Program-made: the position numbers and the translations under genes
NCBI RefSeq assembly: GCF_031769215.1
Contig: NW_026781915.1
Span: 3,472,001-3,536,000 of the forward strand
Source: Ylistrum balloti
Lineage: Eukaryota
Direction of reading: 5' to 3'
Length of the DNA: 64,000 nt
Notes under the pieces: model-generated
The model's input: only the letters and a program-made list of their open reading frames with translations
Databases searched by the model: none
What the model was told of the DNA's origin: nothing
In this document: piece by piece, positions 35,709 to 48,994 of the stretch
Layout: each line of letters starts with the position of its first letter
How positions within the stretch are numbered: the stretch's first letter is position 1

Positions 35709-37528
35709 TTAAAACGATTACTAATATAATACGGCACATGCCAAAGTCACATTTGTAGTAATTCTATAGTATCTCTTTACAATATTTTCAATGACAGACG
35801 GGTGTAATTAAGACAAGATTTATCTTGTTCAATTAACATACAGCTTTCTCGGTCTTGATTCCGAAGAATTTGTGTGTTCCATCTCCTACTCCAAAGATAT
35901 AACCAAAGGCACGGCTATCTGTGACATCCCTGGATATAAAGGATATTTTGTGGACAGCATGTGTGTAGTTCACTACCTGTAAAGGATCGTAGGATAAAGG
36001 GAATGATTAATGATTAAGTTACTCATTCACTCAATTTTACTGTTAACAAACTGTTAAAATCAATATCCTTTAAGCAGTACAATCCATATAAATTTTACAC
36101 CAGTGATCTGGTGTTGTCTTCAAGCCTGAAGAATGTTTTTATCAATGATGAGGATAAATGATGAGTGACATATTAAATTTACTGTCTCCACAATCTTCCT
36201 ACAAATTTTTTTTCTACTAAACAATACTTTTTATACATGTATACATGTGAGGGATATGCATATATAATTCATAATCAGTTACCCAGTACACATACAGGTC
36301 ACTAGACAAACTTTGATAAGATAAATGGACAAAGGTCTGTAACTTTCTATAGTGGTGCAACAGATTGGACTTCAGTAAGCACCAACCCAGAAAGTAATCC
36401 TTACACATAATCTGATAATTGTAGCTAACAAAATACAGGAGATATAGCATCCATGAAATGATGCACAGACTGACTAACCAACTGATCAACTGACAAGTAG
36501 ATTGGTCTCCTAACATGGCTAGGAGATTATCAAGAGCAGACAGAAATACATACAGCAGTCTTAAGGTCAATGAGTTTGATGCCCTCCTCAGACACATTAA
36601 CAATGATCCTCTGCTTATGTTGTCCAGATGCCTTTACCGAGAGCTTGAGTCTGTAGATTGTCTCCTGGCACATTCTGTCACCTCGGGCATCAGGGACATC
36701 ATCCACGCCTATCAACTTGGCATTGAAGTTCACACCCTCACCTTGAAATCTTGTGGGATCATTCTTGTCTACACAATATATACAAAATAAAATCTTATTT
36801 GTAGAATCTTTAAACGGAGAGAATATTTTAACTTTCTGCATACATTTAAGCAAGCTAAATATATTTTATATATATCGGGATATATTCTTGCAGCAAGACG
36901 TTATGTATGAGATAATTGTCATTTCAACCTCGTTACAAGTTTTTAGACTTCTCCTTTGGGGGTTTTGGAAATGATATACATTTTTATTTCCTCTGTCATG
37001 GCTATTCAGACTATTAGTGTTATGGATAAGAAACTAAACTTTCATTTTACCTGTCCTGACAGGTTGCTGTGGTATTAGCCTTTTTTACCCTTATCCTTAC
37101 TGGTTGTTATATGTTTTGGGTTATGTTGGGAAATGTTTCCATTATCAGTTAACCTCCTTTCTGACAGGACATTTCTGCAACTATCAACCGGACCCATACC
37201 TTGCCTGTTTCTCTAATTACAGGCAGTTGCTGATTTGAGGCTGTGGAAGGGAAACAAACCTTTCCTTTTTACCTGATAAGTTTGAGTTGTTCTGGGGATA
37301 TAGATCAGAGAAGACATTTTTGCCTCTTTCCTGGCAGGTTCTTTTAGTGTTGTAGAGGGGAGACGTACCTTTCTTTTTCACTTGCTTCCTTACAGGTTGT
37401 GGTTGCTTTGGGGCTGTCGATGGTGTAGAAGATGTGGTACTAGTGGCAGTGCTGGAAGGAGATGATGGTTCACTACCCACCTCAGAAACTGGCTGGGCCT
37501 CAGGTACAGGCTCTGTTGTACCCGACAT
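21293..37528 (-). CDS. Dab: Disabled (Dab) family PTB-domain endocytic/signalling adaptor, about 908 aa
   Basis: Exons 37528-37369, 36768-36554, 35976-35842, 35367-35223, 34222-34161, 33369-33319, 30068-29982, 29469-28909, 27275-26004, 21331-21293. All are GT-AG with compatible phases (2727 nt). Dab-type PTB domain ([54 protein letters not shown]), YQVP and YAVP motifs, NPF/DPF/DPW motifs and PxxPxR motifs. The last exon is less certain than the rest. Confidence 0.92.
23156..24456 (+). mobile_element. Internally deleted IS630/Tc1/mariner DNA transposon (1301 bp) in the last Dab intron
   Basis: TIRs about 90 bp, outer 26 bp perfect (ctaccgatgaagggaaggtgtgaacg), TA on both flanks (23154-55, 24457-58). 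Retains a transposase C-terminal fragment. Confidence 0.92.
23436..23756 (+). pseudogene. C-terminal fragment of a DDE transposase (IS630/Tc1/mariner)
   Basis: [10 protein letters not shown] ... [13 protein letters not shown] ... FFTCCGY. The second catalytic D (23496) and the E (23613) are separated by 38 residues. The DNA-binding domain and first D are missing. Confidence 0.88.
27510..28650. repeat. 61-bp minisatellite, about 18 copies, in a Dab intron
   Basis: The unit acagtaaacatcagacagacaggaaaatatttacagggagttagatcaatgtagatgacac was read directly. Confidence 0.97.
29060..29175 (-). repeat. 33-bp coding tandem repeat in Dab, ([12 protein letters not shown]) x3 plus a partial copy
   Basis: Seen in both DNA and translation. 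Confidence 0.95.
29811..29906. repeat. 34-bp perfect tandem repeat x2.8
   Basis: gctttaattcggctctataaatgtataatttcct starts at 29811, 29845 and 29879. Confidence 0.95.
32340..33045. mobile_element. Pearl/HINE-like element with about 4 internal 144-156 bp core units
   Basis: cttcagac/cttctgac at 32464, 32620, 32764 and 32909. It ends with ggacagac...aagctcacc, and the same core occurs at 6050-6400. Confidence 0.65.
34960..35130 (+). mobile_element. End of a pearl/HINE-like element: (GACA)n microsatellite plus terminal hairpin
   Basis: A gacagacaaactgacaaacagacagacag run, then the hairpin atgctcccc (35097-35105)/ggggagcat (35117-35125), then an A-run. Confidence 0.6.
35677..35704. repeat. (TA)14 microsatellite
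   Basis: Read directly. Confidence 0.95.
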
Positions 37529-38189
37529 CTCTAATCTGTCTTGTAGACAATTATAGCTGTATTGCCTTTCAGATTCAATTTATATCACTGGAAAGACAAG
37601 AAAAGAAATCAATACTTTTTTCAGGTTCTGATAAAATTCTATTTCTGTATTGTAGGATTATTTTATTACTGTGTGTTTCATATTTAAAGCTCTCTCTATA
37701 AGGAAGTAAATATTAACATCCCACTTCCCACCCTGCTGCCTGTCCCTGCGGTATTGACAATAGGAGGAGGAACCATACACATATGATGTACAAATCATAA
37801 ATGTCTAAATTTTTGAAAATATTATTATAACTTAGAAGTTTTACAAAAAGAAGTTTCATGACAAACAATACAAAGATCTCAAAGGTGACATGCTCTGATG
37901 ATAAAAATATGTCACAGCCTGAGTAATAAATTTCAGAAAGATTTGTGGAGACTTTTTCATCTGAGGTATCCTGAGGTAACTTTCTCTGAAAATGTTTTTC
38001 TGTACAAACCTCCTGCTACCATATTTATATGGTTGGGGACATACCAAATGAACATTATTTTAGAACAGAGATTTTCCCCAGTTATTTGAAATAGAGTCTG
38101 CTTGTAACATTGGGGGTAGAAAATATATCAATTGGGAAGGAATCTTAAGGATTTATTCATTTTCGGAAACAAGGGTTGTCAGAGATGGG

Positions 38190-38660
38190 TCATATTCCCC
38201 AAATGGGACAAAATTTAAGTATGAAAAATAACAAATGGCAATAAGAAAAGTGTGACTGTTGTGCAATACCCTCCTACTTGCTGAGAGCTAACTTCCTATG
38301 AACTTTCATGTTGATACCTCTCATAGTTCCAGTGTAATGCTCCAGACAAAATTTAGGTATGAAAAATAACAAAAAAGAGTGATGGTTCTTGTGTCCTGCA
38401 CTTCTTGCTGAGATCTATCTACCTGTGACGTTTCATGTTTGTATATCTTTTAGTGTTAGTATAATGCTTCAGACAAAATCTAAGTATTTAAAATAATAAA
38501 AGGCAATAACTCATAGATTATGCAAAAGAGAGTGATGGTTCTGGTGCACTGCACTTTTCCTTGTTGAGATTTATCTAGCTACAAAGTTTGATGTTGATAC
38601 CTCTTATAGTTTTTGTGTTATGCTCCAGACAATATGCTTTTCCTTTGGGGAGCATATCAA
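38190..38660 (+). mobile_element. Pearl/HINE-like element with about 3 core units of about 130-160 bp
   Basis: cagacaaaat(t/c)ta(a/g)gtat...aaaataa recurs. It ends in the hairpin atatgct...ggggagcatat, related to the one at 35097. Confidence 0.6.
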
Positions 38661-39339
38661 ATCCAATAGGGAATGAAGCCCACTTGGCCTCCCTCCCCAC
38701 CTCTCCAGAGCTCCCAGAAAAAAAGCATGTATGATGTTATCATATGCTCACCTTTATTTCATAGACGTCACCATATCAATTTTTTTTTGTCTCGTGCTCA
38801 TCAACTTCAAAAGTCAATGAGTCTGTCCATCCTACACCTGTTGGTATACTTGTCTTATAAGCCTGATAATGACACACTTATGGGATCAATAGATATATAT
38901 AGCCGGGTTGAGATAACTTAATTTTAATTTTACAATAAGGTCTGAGCCACTGGCTGATTTCTACATCCAGTGCTTTATCTATAACTTCTACAGGTAGTAT
39001 ATGTGTACATTGTCAGTCATATAGCAATACATTTCAGCTTAATCGTGACGTCATTATATCTATATCATCATGACAACTATAATCCTTTAACTTGTGAACT
39101 TTTCCTAAAACCCTAACAGCTCATGTGATCACTCCCAATGTTGTGACAGCTGCATGACATTACAGCTACTTACCTTTGACCTTAGTCACAATGACATTAT
39201 GACAGCTTAAATTATCACTTCATTATAAATTCCTTGATATTACACTACCAATATCTCTTCCACAGCCTTTATTTCCCAAAAAGTCAATCCCTAAATATAT
39301 AGAGTAGAACTGAACAAGGGCACTTATATTTCATTGTGA

Positions 39340-39436
39340 CAAGAATAGCTGGTTAGAATATCTGTCAGAGATCAGTAGTTCTAGGTACAAATCCCAGTTT
39401 CATAACAGCATTTTCCCTTTTCTGTCACATTTGGTA
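39340..39436 (+). mobile_element. Degraded tRNA-derived SINE head
   Basis: tagctggttaga (A-box-like) ... ggtacaaatccc (B-box-like), followed by ...ctgtcacatttggt. Confidence 0.45.
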
Positions 39437-40244
39437 GTTTACAAAATATACACATGAAGTGGTAAAAGATTCTAATGTGTCTACAGGGTCAAAGAGGATT
39501 GGGCAGTTGCTGGTGACCTGCAGGCTATATGTCATATCTCCTGTTCAATCAGTCCTACCTTCCTGTGTAGCCTTAGCTCATATAGTATATACCTGTAGTC
39601 AACCAAACATACAGTAGAGGTAACATATTGTGTAGTGACAACATCAACTTAATGTACATTACATGCTCCAGAGTTTCTATAAGTTTTCTTAATGTCCTGA
39701 TGATGGCGGCATAGCAGCTGAATCATGTAGACATATTCAACAAAACATCCCTGTAGTGTAGCATTCCTTTTTGCTTTATTATATCAGTTTTCTTGTATAC
39801 AAGTGAATGAATATATATTGACCTACTGTTAACTCAACCATGAAATCAAGTCACCATACACTACATGTATAATATACATTGACCCATTTTACAAACAGAC
39901 ATCCCCTAAACCAAGCACCTAGCCCTTGTGTGGTAATATTGTGCAGTGGTACTGGAGACAGTATGAAGGCATATAGCAAGTCATTAAAGCATTGTCACAT
40001 AGTTTGTTTTTTTCTAGTTCCTTTTTGCCCTGACATTATATGTATTTCTGATTATCATGTTCAAGCATCCACAATGAATTTTCAAAACGTCACAGGGAAA
40101 AAAATGCTCACTGCTCAACTATTAATGATAAGCTAGAAATTCTGGGTTCAATCAGCAGCACATTGTTTTTGTTTTTTTTTCACAAACTTAAATCCACAAT
40201 GTATTCTCAGATGTTGTATCTAAATGTTAGATAATTAAACTTAC

Positions 40245-40306
40245 CTGATGATAAAGGAATCCCTCGGGACTTTTATCACACAATCTCCTTATGGTTACTA
40301 CGTAAT
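40245..40306 (-). other. Probable 62-nt non-coding (5' UTR) exon of Dab
   Basis: Acceptor ttatttcag and consensus donor CAG|gtaagt. It has a stop in the frame that would join the Dab ORF. Confidence 0.6.
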
Positions 40307-43300
40307 CTGAAATAAACGAGTTTACACCTTATAATTAAGTACACTTATATCATCATAAACTGTCATAAATACTCCAGAGTGAATCCACTCTATGACCTAT
40401 GCTAATATACACATTAACACAAACAGTACACATGGTGAAATTAGCTTCCTACATAGGTAATGGAAGTCAACAGTAACACTTCTCCTATAAAATCACACCC
40501 TAGCAAAGATTGTGAAAACTAGGAGACAAAACATCTATAGGTCATTTTGCCTAAATATCAAGTCATTGCTGGGACATCGTCAACAATTTGAGTTTAGTTA
40601 AAATGTAAAAAAATAAATCATTACACCTTATAGTGAAAAAAAATCTTTTCATAAGAAGTGATAGGTGTGGTTCCTCTTGCCAAGTGTTATAATTAGTCAT
40701 CACTATCCTACTAGTCTGTATTTACACAAAGGTAAAAACCTACAGTGTACCTGGAACATATCAAGGCTTCTAAAGTCTTCTCACTCATACAAAGACTAAA
40801 TGCAATATGAACCTTGACTCTCTTTTCCAAATTCACTGTGTATAACATTCAATCCTTGTCCACTTAAGACACTAATACTTTGCTAGTATCTGAGTACCAT
40901 GCACCGTCTCTCCCCTTGGGAAGGGAAGTTGACATAATGACAGGGTGACCTTGGCCTGCACCAGCATACATTTCACAAACACACATAATATCAAGACAAG
41001 TGTTCTAAAGAGAACTGTTATTGTAGTGGTTTCTCAATAGTATAGTTATTATCAATAAATACTTCATTATTTTATCTCATCCTCCATATCATTCAAATAG
41101 CACAAACTATCATTTTTAAACATTCCCGTCAGTCTATTTTTCTTTTTCTATTCAATGAAATTCTCATACAATTTCACACTGTATCTTGCTATTTCCCTGT
41201 TAACATTCATTATCTATTTAATCATTCTGGATATGTTTTATGACAGATTCCTGAAGATTACAGAGCAACAAAGAACCTGTCCCAAAAGCATTTTCCATGT
41301 TTCACAAACATGACATGAAAACAATGTCAAAAAATTTGAAGTATGTAAGGTAACCCTAGCTTAATCACTGTCTGGACTGTCACAAATAAAGTTTGTTCTA
41401 TACTTTAGGTGAATGCAAGTTTTTCGATAAAAATCTTTTAATGAATTAATAAGTCCTATATATTTCACTCCCAAACAATTATATTACTGGTAATATTGTC
41501 TGGATACAAAGCAGGCCAAAAAAGGCAGCGTTGCATGGGTTTTAATTGCTGTCATTGCAATTATTTTTTCTGGTATGTTTATGTATATATAATCAAAACA
41601 CAAAGGAAACAGTATTTTACCTTTAATTTATGGTTCCCAAATCAGAGAATCAATTATCATGAAAACAATACATTAGTACATTACAAAACACATACCGGTA
41701 AATATACAAGTTTTACTTGAATACTTGATTTTTATAGTCAACATTCATCTCCATTTGAACAGCTCCCATAAAGCAATGGTTTCATACTGACATTGTGTCC
41801 AAAATGGAGGAGAAGGTATACCATAAAGATATAAGTATTACACAAACTGATTACGTTTATCGTAAACATCCTAATAATTCGGTGTTATTGCCCGATTTAA
41901 GTATGTTACTACTATTTACTTGAGTTGCTGTAATGATGTCCTCCACATGTACATGTTTCTGTTCGAGATAACGATGACATTGTGATAAGTTGCTTGTAAC
42001 AACATGCCTGTCTGTACCAGCAACATCACACAGCATTTAACTTATTTTAGACAAATTTTAATTTCATTTCTAGGGGGAGGGGAAGATGAGGATGGTATAT
42101 CACATATTTTGCATTGCTATCACTAATGTTTTCAAAATCTATTGTAACAAAATATTCAAATAGTATATACGATGATACAAAATTGTTATATTAACAGCTA
42201 TACACAAGACAAATACTTGTACCATGCCCTGTACAAACTTGTATATGATACAGATAAAATACAGGAACTTTGCACTTCTACTATGATGATCAAGGATTAC
42301 ATACCTATTGACCTGTAACAGCTCGCTATATAGGTGAAATACCCTTCAGATTAAGCTTATGCCTTGTTGTCAACTTTCAACTTTAGGTTGATAAAAAGAT
42401 CCTATTTACGTACTGGACTGGAAGCCTTGCAATTGGTATTGAATACCAATTATACTGTAGTAGTATATGTAGAGGATCTTACGTAAGTGTCAATGTGATA
42501 TGGAATTAATCAAATGTGTTCAATAATTTGATATCTTCTATCCTTTATGCGAGAGACATACCAAATTATTTAATAATTTTAATAAATTCCATATTACATC
42601 GGCATAGACGTAGATTCTATTTATCATAAAAACGATATTCCCCAAAAATAAGCATAAACTCCCAAATGATTATCTTCTAAGACAGGCTTATTTTAATGCA
42701 GATGGTACCTATTTAAGTACTGATACAATCATGTGATATCACCAAGCTGGGACTAGAGGTAGTCCATCTCTTCAGATTTTATGTGATAAAATTTGATTTA
42801 ATTACTTTTATTTTAATAGTAGATATACTTACACCACAATTAACACACAAAACATATTTGTCATCATATTATTATTACTACCAGGGTCACATATACATCC
42901 ATTTCTGCGAAGTTTATAATACTGATATCTATGTTTATACATCTGCTGAGTGACAATCATGTTTTTCTACACTTATTTGATATACCAATCATATAAAATT
43001 TACTTCATTTTCAAAATTCTCCACCGTCATCATTAGCCTTTGTCTCGTAATCAGCAAGTATTCACAAAATGCCAAGTTGAAATATCATGTTATAGAAAAC
43101 CAAATGGTTTACTGAGGTCTGGAAAGAGTGACGTCACAGAAGGGTCTATCTTTATTAATTACAATGTCACAATAGTGTTATCGGTACTAAACGTGTTTTA
43201 CAATATTTAATGACATAGCTGCATGACATGACACAACAGGCCAGTTATGTGATAAAACTAGATATGACATAGTAGTTTGAAGCTACAAAAATAAATCGTC

Positions 43301-44861
43301 AGAATATTACATTTATGGCTGGTATATATAAGCTATATATATCGACTAATGTTGTGGCTATTTCTATGTAACTTTGATGAATTCATATGATGAAGACTGT
43401 GACAATTGTCATTACATTTGTTATCATAGTGCAAATCATGCCACTTTGTTCATGATTTACAGGCCAGAAAGAATTTAATTCTTTCATGAATGGTAAATTT
43501 ATTTGCCTTAATTGTAACAAATACTTTGATATTATTAAAGACATTATCAAATATATTTTATCACTAAATCTTATTATAAGATGGCTAACAGTGTCTATAA
43601 CATATTTTTTAATTATTTCAAAAGTATGTCTAACTTCTGACTTGAACACTGAAAATATAAAACTATGTGAAACTCTCTTTTAGTAATCTAATGAGAAATT
43701 AAAAATTTACACTAATACACAACGACACGATTTAATTCTTTACCATACACCACATCACCGTATGTATGTTAAATGTACATGTCATGGTTCGTTTAATACC
43801 AATTAAAACCTCTCCTCTGATGAGAAGTAAAGAATACACCCCCTTAGAATATACAATACACAGGCAAACTTCCAAGTTATTCTGATAGTTTCCACAAGTA
43901 CACTACTGGTACACGTATATATATGTACCACAACGGCTGAGATTCTATAAAATAATTATAAATTGTTTTTTTCCTCCAGCAAAGCCTAATCTGAATTTTA
44001 AATTTCTGACCTCTCATACTGAATTAGTTACTTACATACACAGTATTGCCAACCTCTCAGAGAGGATGATCAGGTCATGACCAGCTAAATCAAGGGTAAA
44101 AGTGTCAAAACAAGGGTCATGTGTTTAACAACTTTTATTTGCATCATTTTTTTTTTGCTAAAACATAAAGTTTTAACTGTGTACATAAATATTTACTACT
44201 TTGTGTTAGTAATTATATACAGAACTTCTTTCATTACATCCTTATTATACCTATTCTTCATACTTCTTGAAGCTTCAAGTGGCGACTTTGGCTACTACTA
44301 GTACTATGAATGATCCATTATACCAGAATGTACAAAATTAAACCAACATATGTCAGTGTCTAATTCAAATCTCTAAGCTTTCCTTCCTAAATTTCCATTA
44401 CATGTATCATTCTGTTATTGAAACAAACAGAAGTGTTGTATATCTTTTTTTTTTAATCAGAAAGAAACCTGAGACTGTTATTGCATGCAAAAGTAGTGCT
44501 TTGTCTTAGTCGTGCTTCACCTGGTTCTAATCACATTTTGAAAATAATCATGAAAAATCTTGTCAGAAACCTCCATAACTTAATAAATGATTACAGATCT
44601 CTCTTTGTAAATATTTATTTATATTGTTGGAATGTCCCAATTTGGCAATAACAAAGACCTTCCGCAGACTAGATAAATTTTGATTACCAAAATACTTTTT
44701 ACATAAACTGGAATGTATCTTACTTCTTCACATTGCTGACTTCAATAGGCTCTGGCAGCAATTACTTATGATGAGAATGTCTATGTATTCAAAATGGATT
44801 GAACAATTAAATGAAAGATATAAGATAAGATTTTCTCTGTACTCTGTCCTCTCATCAGATG

Positions 44862-44890
44862 GTTGGTTTGGTTGGTTGGTTGGTTGGTTA
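44862..44890. repeat. (GGTT)n microsatellite
   Basis: Read directly. Confidence 0.85.
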
Positions 44891-46319
44891 CAGGTTTTCC
44901 ATCTCTGTGACTCCTTCTATATCATGACTTGACGAGTGTCAGTGTGTCAGGGCGACGTGAATTTCATTAGATGAAACAGCTTGACCATAGCAAATGGGCG
45001 ATAATCAATTTGCCCTATGTGATCACAGACATGTACAGTTAACTTACCTTCAAGGGAGCTTACTCTTGTATAACAAAGCCATAAGGTACCATGTTATCTT
45101 TATGTGATATAGTGTGGACGTGTTGATAGACATAAACTTGTATCATTTCAATGAATTGCCATGAGTAGGCTTATCATGCAGAAATGGGCTGATGTCAGAT
45201 TAATACAGTATATTCATTTTTAGTAAGTAAAACTAAAAAAACTAACAAGTAATTGATTATCATAGTGTTGTTCTGATATTTGATTAGACAGTTTTAAAAT
45301 TACAATTAATCCATGATAATATATCAGAATCAATTATTTGACTGAAATTTCTCTATGTAATTATTTAACATTTAAAAGAGCCCATAATGATAAATATATG
45401 TATGTATCAGGTGGGCATGCTAAGCATTTTCCATGCTAAGTCCATGCAATTTGTCTTCAATTAATACTACTACTAATCTAACAAACTACAAATGATTGTT
45501 GATTACTAAGTGTATTATGTCAATAAGAGATACTTTTGAAGATTCCTGACAATAAATATTAACTTAACATCACATACCTTCTGTTGACTAATTTCATGTT
45601 GGAATTTAACACCAAATTTAAAAAATAAAAAAATAGCTTTCTGTAAAAGCTGCTACATATAAAGCGTATTAAAATATATTTAATTGTTATCTGATGATAA
45701 TGAATCCAAATAAAATTCATGTGCATGAGATCAGGTATATTTATATATCTGATTATTACACATTTACAATTGCTGATATGACTTTCAAAAATAATGGACA
45801 AAACCTGATAGAGTAAATTACATTTGAAAAAGCAAAAGGCCACATAAACAAATTATCATGTTAGAATTAAATGTTGAATGACCGCTATATCAATTAAGAT
45901 GTCTTTTCAAAATAAAATTAGGTAGGTCTAGTATCTTTGTGGAACTACATTGGAATACATTTTATTTATTTATTGTTTTATTTCGGGTCAAAATATCTTC
46001 GTACCACCCTCGCCTTTCAGTTTCATTTTAGAATCACGTTACCGGCGTAGAACATGTTCAGAAAAAAGCTTCAAACAAAAACCCCGATATCACATACGAA
46101 ATCCGATGTTAACGAAGTTATTCAATTATAACACTTTGGGCGTATCAGGAGAAATTTTTGAGAGTGGCTCAAGGTGGTGAATGGGGGGCGTGACATCTAC
46201 TTTAACAAGGCAAGTTCACTTTCTATGTAGGGAAAGTGTCGGGACATACAGTGTGGCGAAACCAGCGAAAAAGTGACACCATCCACATACAAGTACAAAG
46301 AATGTAATAGGATATAAGA

Positions 46320-46700
46320 CACACTTACCTCTCTATCATTACTAGCATAATCGTTAAAATCCCACTAATATTTGGCGATTGTGGTCAGACACTATCATCG
46401 CCTTTGGGGTGTAAACAGGACAACGCGCTACTTACACCACCAGCTCTCGAACTTCATCTTAGGTAAACGTCAGATACACTGCCTGCTAAAATAGTCGAAC
46501 AACTATCATAACTTACCCTCATGATACTGTTAGGACATCGGATGACACTTTTTACCGCTTCGGACTGAGCAAATAGAGTTAGCAATTCTCCAACTTCACT
46601 GAAAAATTCACGAGGTTAACAACAGACAGTACTCGCCACTAATACTCTACAGTCAGGTGCCCGGATAATTGAACTATGAACCTGACGTCACGCCATACAG
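46320..46700 (-). promoter_or_regulatory. Probable Dab promoter/first exon with two alternative donors and a CRE
   Basis: CpG-enriched region. Consensus donors AG|gtaagt (exon ends 46329) and GG|gtaagt (exon ends 46517), and a perfect TGACGTCA at 46683-46690. Confidence 0.55.
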
Positions 46701-48994
46701 CAGACGACATATTTTGATAAAAGTTTAATGCCAATATAATTAATTTCAGTAATTGAAATAAAAAATGTGAATTATGATTTGCCATATTTTCACACTTTTA
46801 TTTCTAAATAAGGTAACTTCGAATGCAGAGTGGACTTGGGACTTATATGCCTATGTAGCCATCCAATGGAACACATTTCGCTTTCCTTGGACAACTTCAT
46901 GGCGTGACAGCCAGCATCCGTATCAGCTGATTTTCCATAAATTACATTGATTGGTCAGGCAGTCTTGATGACGAAATTTTAATGAAAATTAGCAAATAGG
47001 CTTGATTTTCAAGAAATGCAGCCTATTCCTATAACCTATGTAAGTCCTCGTTTAGCATATAGATCTGGTCGGGAAATTCATCTGCAGATTTGGCCATTGA
47101 TCGGATTTGAAATAGTTCTAGTAGGTTTGTGCCCTACTTTATTAATATATATGTCGCATTTTGAGCACGATTTGATATTGAAAATGACAATCTGCAGGCA
47201 ATTTGCAGAACTGTCAGTTTTAAAGGCATTCGAGTTTTTTTTTCAACACCAAGATAATCATGACTATCGCTTCCATCAGTCATTTTGACGGTCCAAAGTT
47301 TGCAAGTTGATCATCTTTCCCCCAAAGAATCACCTTATTGGTAGGATGGAGGTTGGGACGTATCTTAACTCCCAGCATCGCTTCTGCATACCATATTTTG
47401 TGTATCCAATATTCAAAATAGCTACCATGCCACTGAGCAACCATGTCATTTCGGAATTTGACTACGACGTGCCTGATTTCAAGTTATGCATGCCACATTC
47501 TGACTTCGTTGAATATTCAAGATGGTTCCAAATGACCATCTTATAGTGGATAATTTGAGTCATAACCGTTATTTTAAAAACTGGTGTTTCATTTAGTACT
47601 GTTCGTCATAATGTGACATGCAACACGGAATCCAACATAACAAGAATCTCAGCCCCAGGGACGTATTGAGTGGTTGATTTGTACCAAATATGTCGCTATT
47701 TTGCACCTCTTAAATACCATTCTTTTCACAATGACAGAACGAAGTAAGGGTGGACCATGTAAACTGATGCCGTGGAGCGGCGTTTGTCTGTCTTGCGTCA
47801 AATTTTATTCCTTTTAATCAAGAAGACCATATTTTGCTCTGGTAACTTCTTGGAATGAAGCTAAACAAAGTACCCGAAGCAAAATTACCTTGACCTATAT
47901 TTAGGGTCACAAGAATCAAATTTGTTTAAACCCTCAAACAATATCTTCTGAATAATAGAAAAAAAAAAGATATAAAATAATTATATTTGACGGGTAGGAT
48001 CCCCAGTTGACGACGGACAAAGTTCGAAAAAAATGACCTTGACCAATACGTAAGGTCACAAGTGTAACATATGTTAGAACTCTCAAACGACGTCTTCTGA
48101 TTTACCAAAAGACATGAAATAATGATGTTTGACTAGTAGTTTAGCGAGATGAAGCACAATGAAATATGAATGACATTACGACAATCTAAAACAATGGTTC
48201 AGATTTTTCAAAGCACTCAAACTACTTTTCCTATTATCCTGGAAATGCAGTACTTGGCTGGTAGTTTCCTGTTCCAATCTCAGAAAGGATTTAGAACAAG
48301 AATGATATTTAATCTTCTGTGTTATAAACCTTTTTTCAAAGTTTGAATAATGATATTTTACCCACAAGATGTGAACGTCAATGATGTTAGACGCGAAAGA
48401 ATTAGTGAAAACATCCACGACCAGATGAACAATGCAGGCCCATTAGGCCTCGTTTTTATCTTGTTCGTTCTGTCAACGAAAAAAATGTTCAGCGGGCTGA
48501 ATAGGCGAGTAATAATCATTTCGCCATTAAACATACCCAACATGATTAATTTATCTGGGGTCAGCATCGTGTCCAACATTAGATGAAGCACTAAAAAATG
48601 TCTACCCTACTAGTTGTAGTGTCGTTTAAATTTTATCTATTTTCTGAAATCATTATTTTCGCGCTTCGTGATTCTCGTAGACTTGAGGGGTAACTAGGCC
48701 TAGAAATAATGCACACTTCTTTTCTAAGAAAATTTCTTTTTAATTTTCTTTTAAATTTCTTTTTATCAATATCATTGATGCATATCTAAGACTCAAAGAA
48801 AACCTACATCAAAAACACGAAAAAAGGTGTTTTTAGTGCTGCTGAAGTGAGAACAATAACAAGAATTGTTTAAGAATTTGATGATGGCTGTCCAAATATT
48901 CTTGTGAAAATGATGTACAATCCTATGCTTCCTTCATTACACAGGTTGATATAGGGTATATCAAAACGTGCCCAGTCTCACACAGAAACAAGAT

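Noticed and set aside
37050-37368. Extension of the first Dab coding exon, or a duplicate exon ending at a CAG|gtaaaa donor near 37051 (PQQPVR similarity)
   Set aside because: The frame needed to join the PTB exon has an in-frame TAA just upstream, and the read-through ORF ends at 37217.
42431-42451. 10-bp-arm palindrome aattggtatt-g-aataccaatt, and overlapping hairpins at 1042-1064
   Set aside because: About one such palindrome is expected by chance in 64 kb of AT-rich DNA.
48176-48591. Overlapping 77-80 aa ORFs near 48200-48600
   Set aside because: No motif was recognised. The region is flanked by dispersed-repeat sequence and is probably a decayed TE interior.
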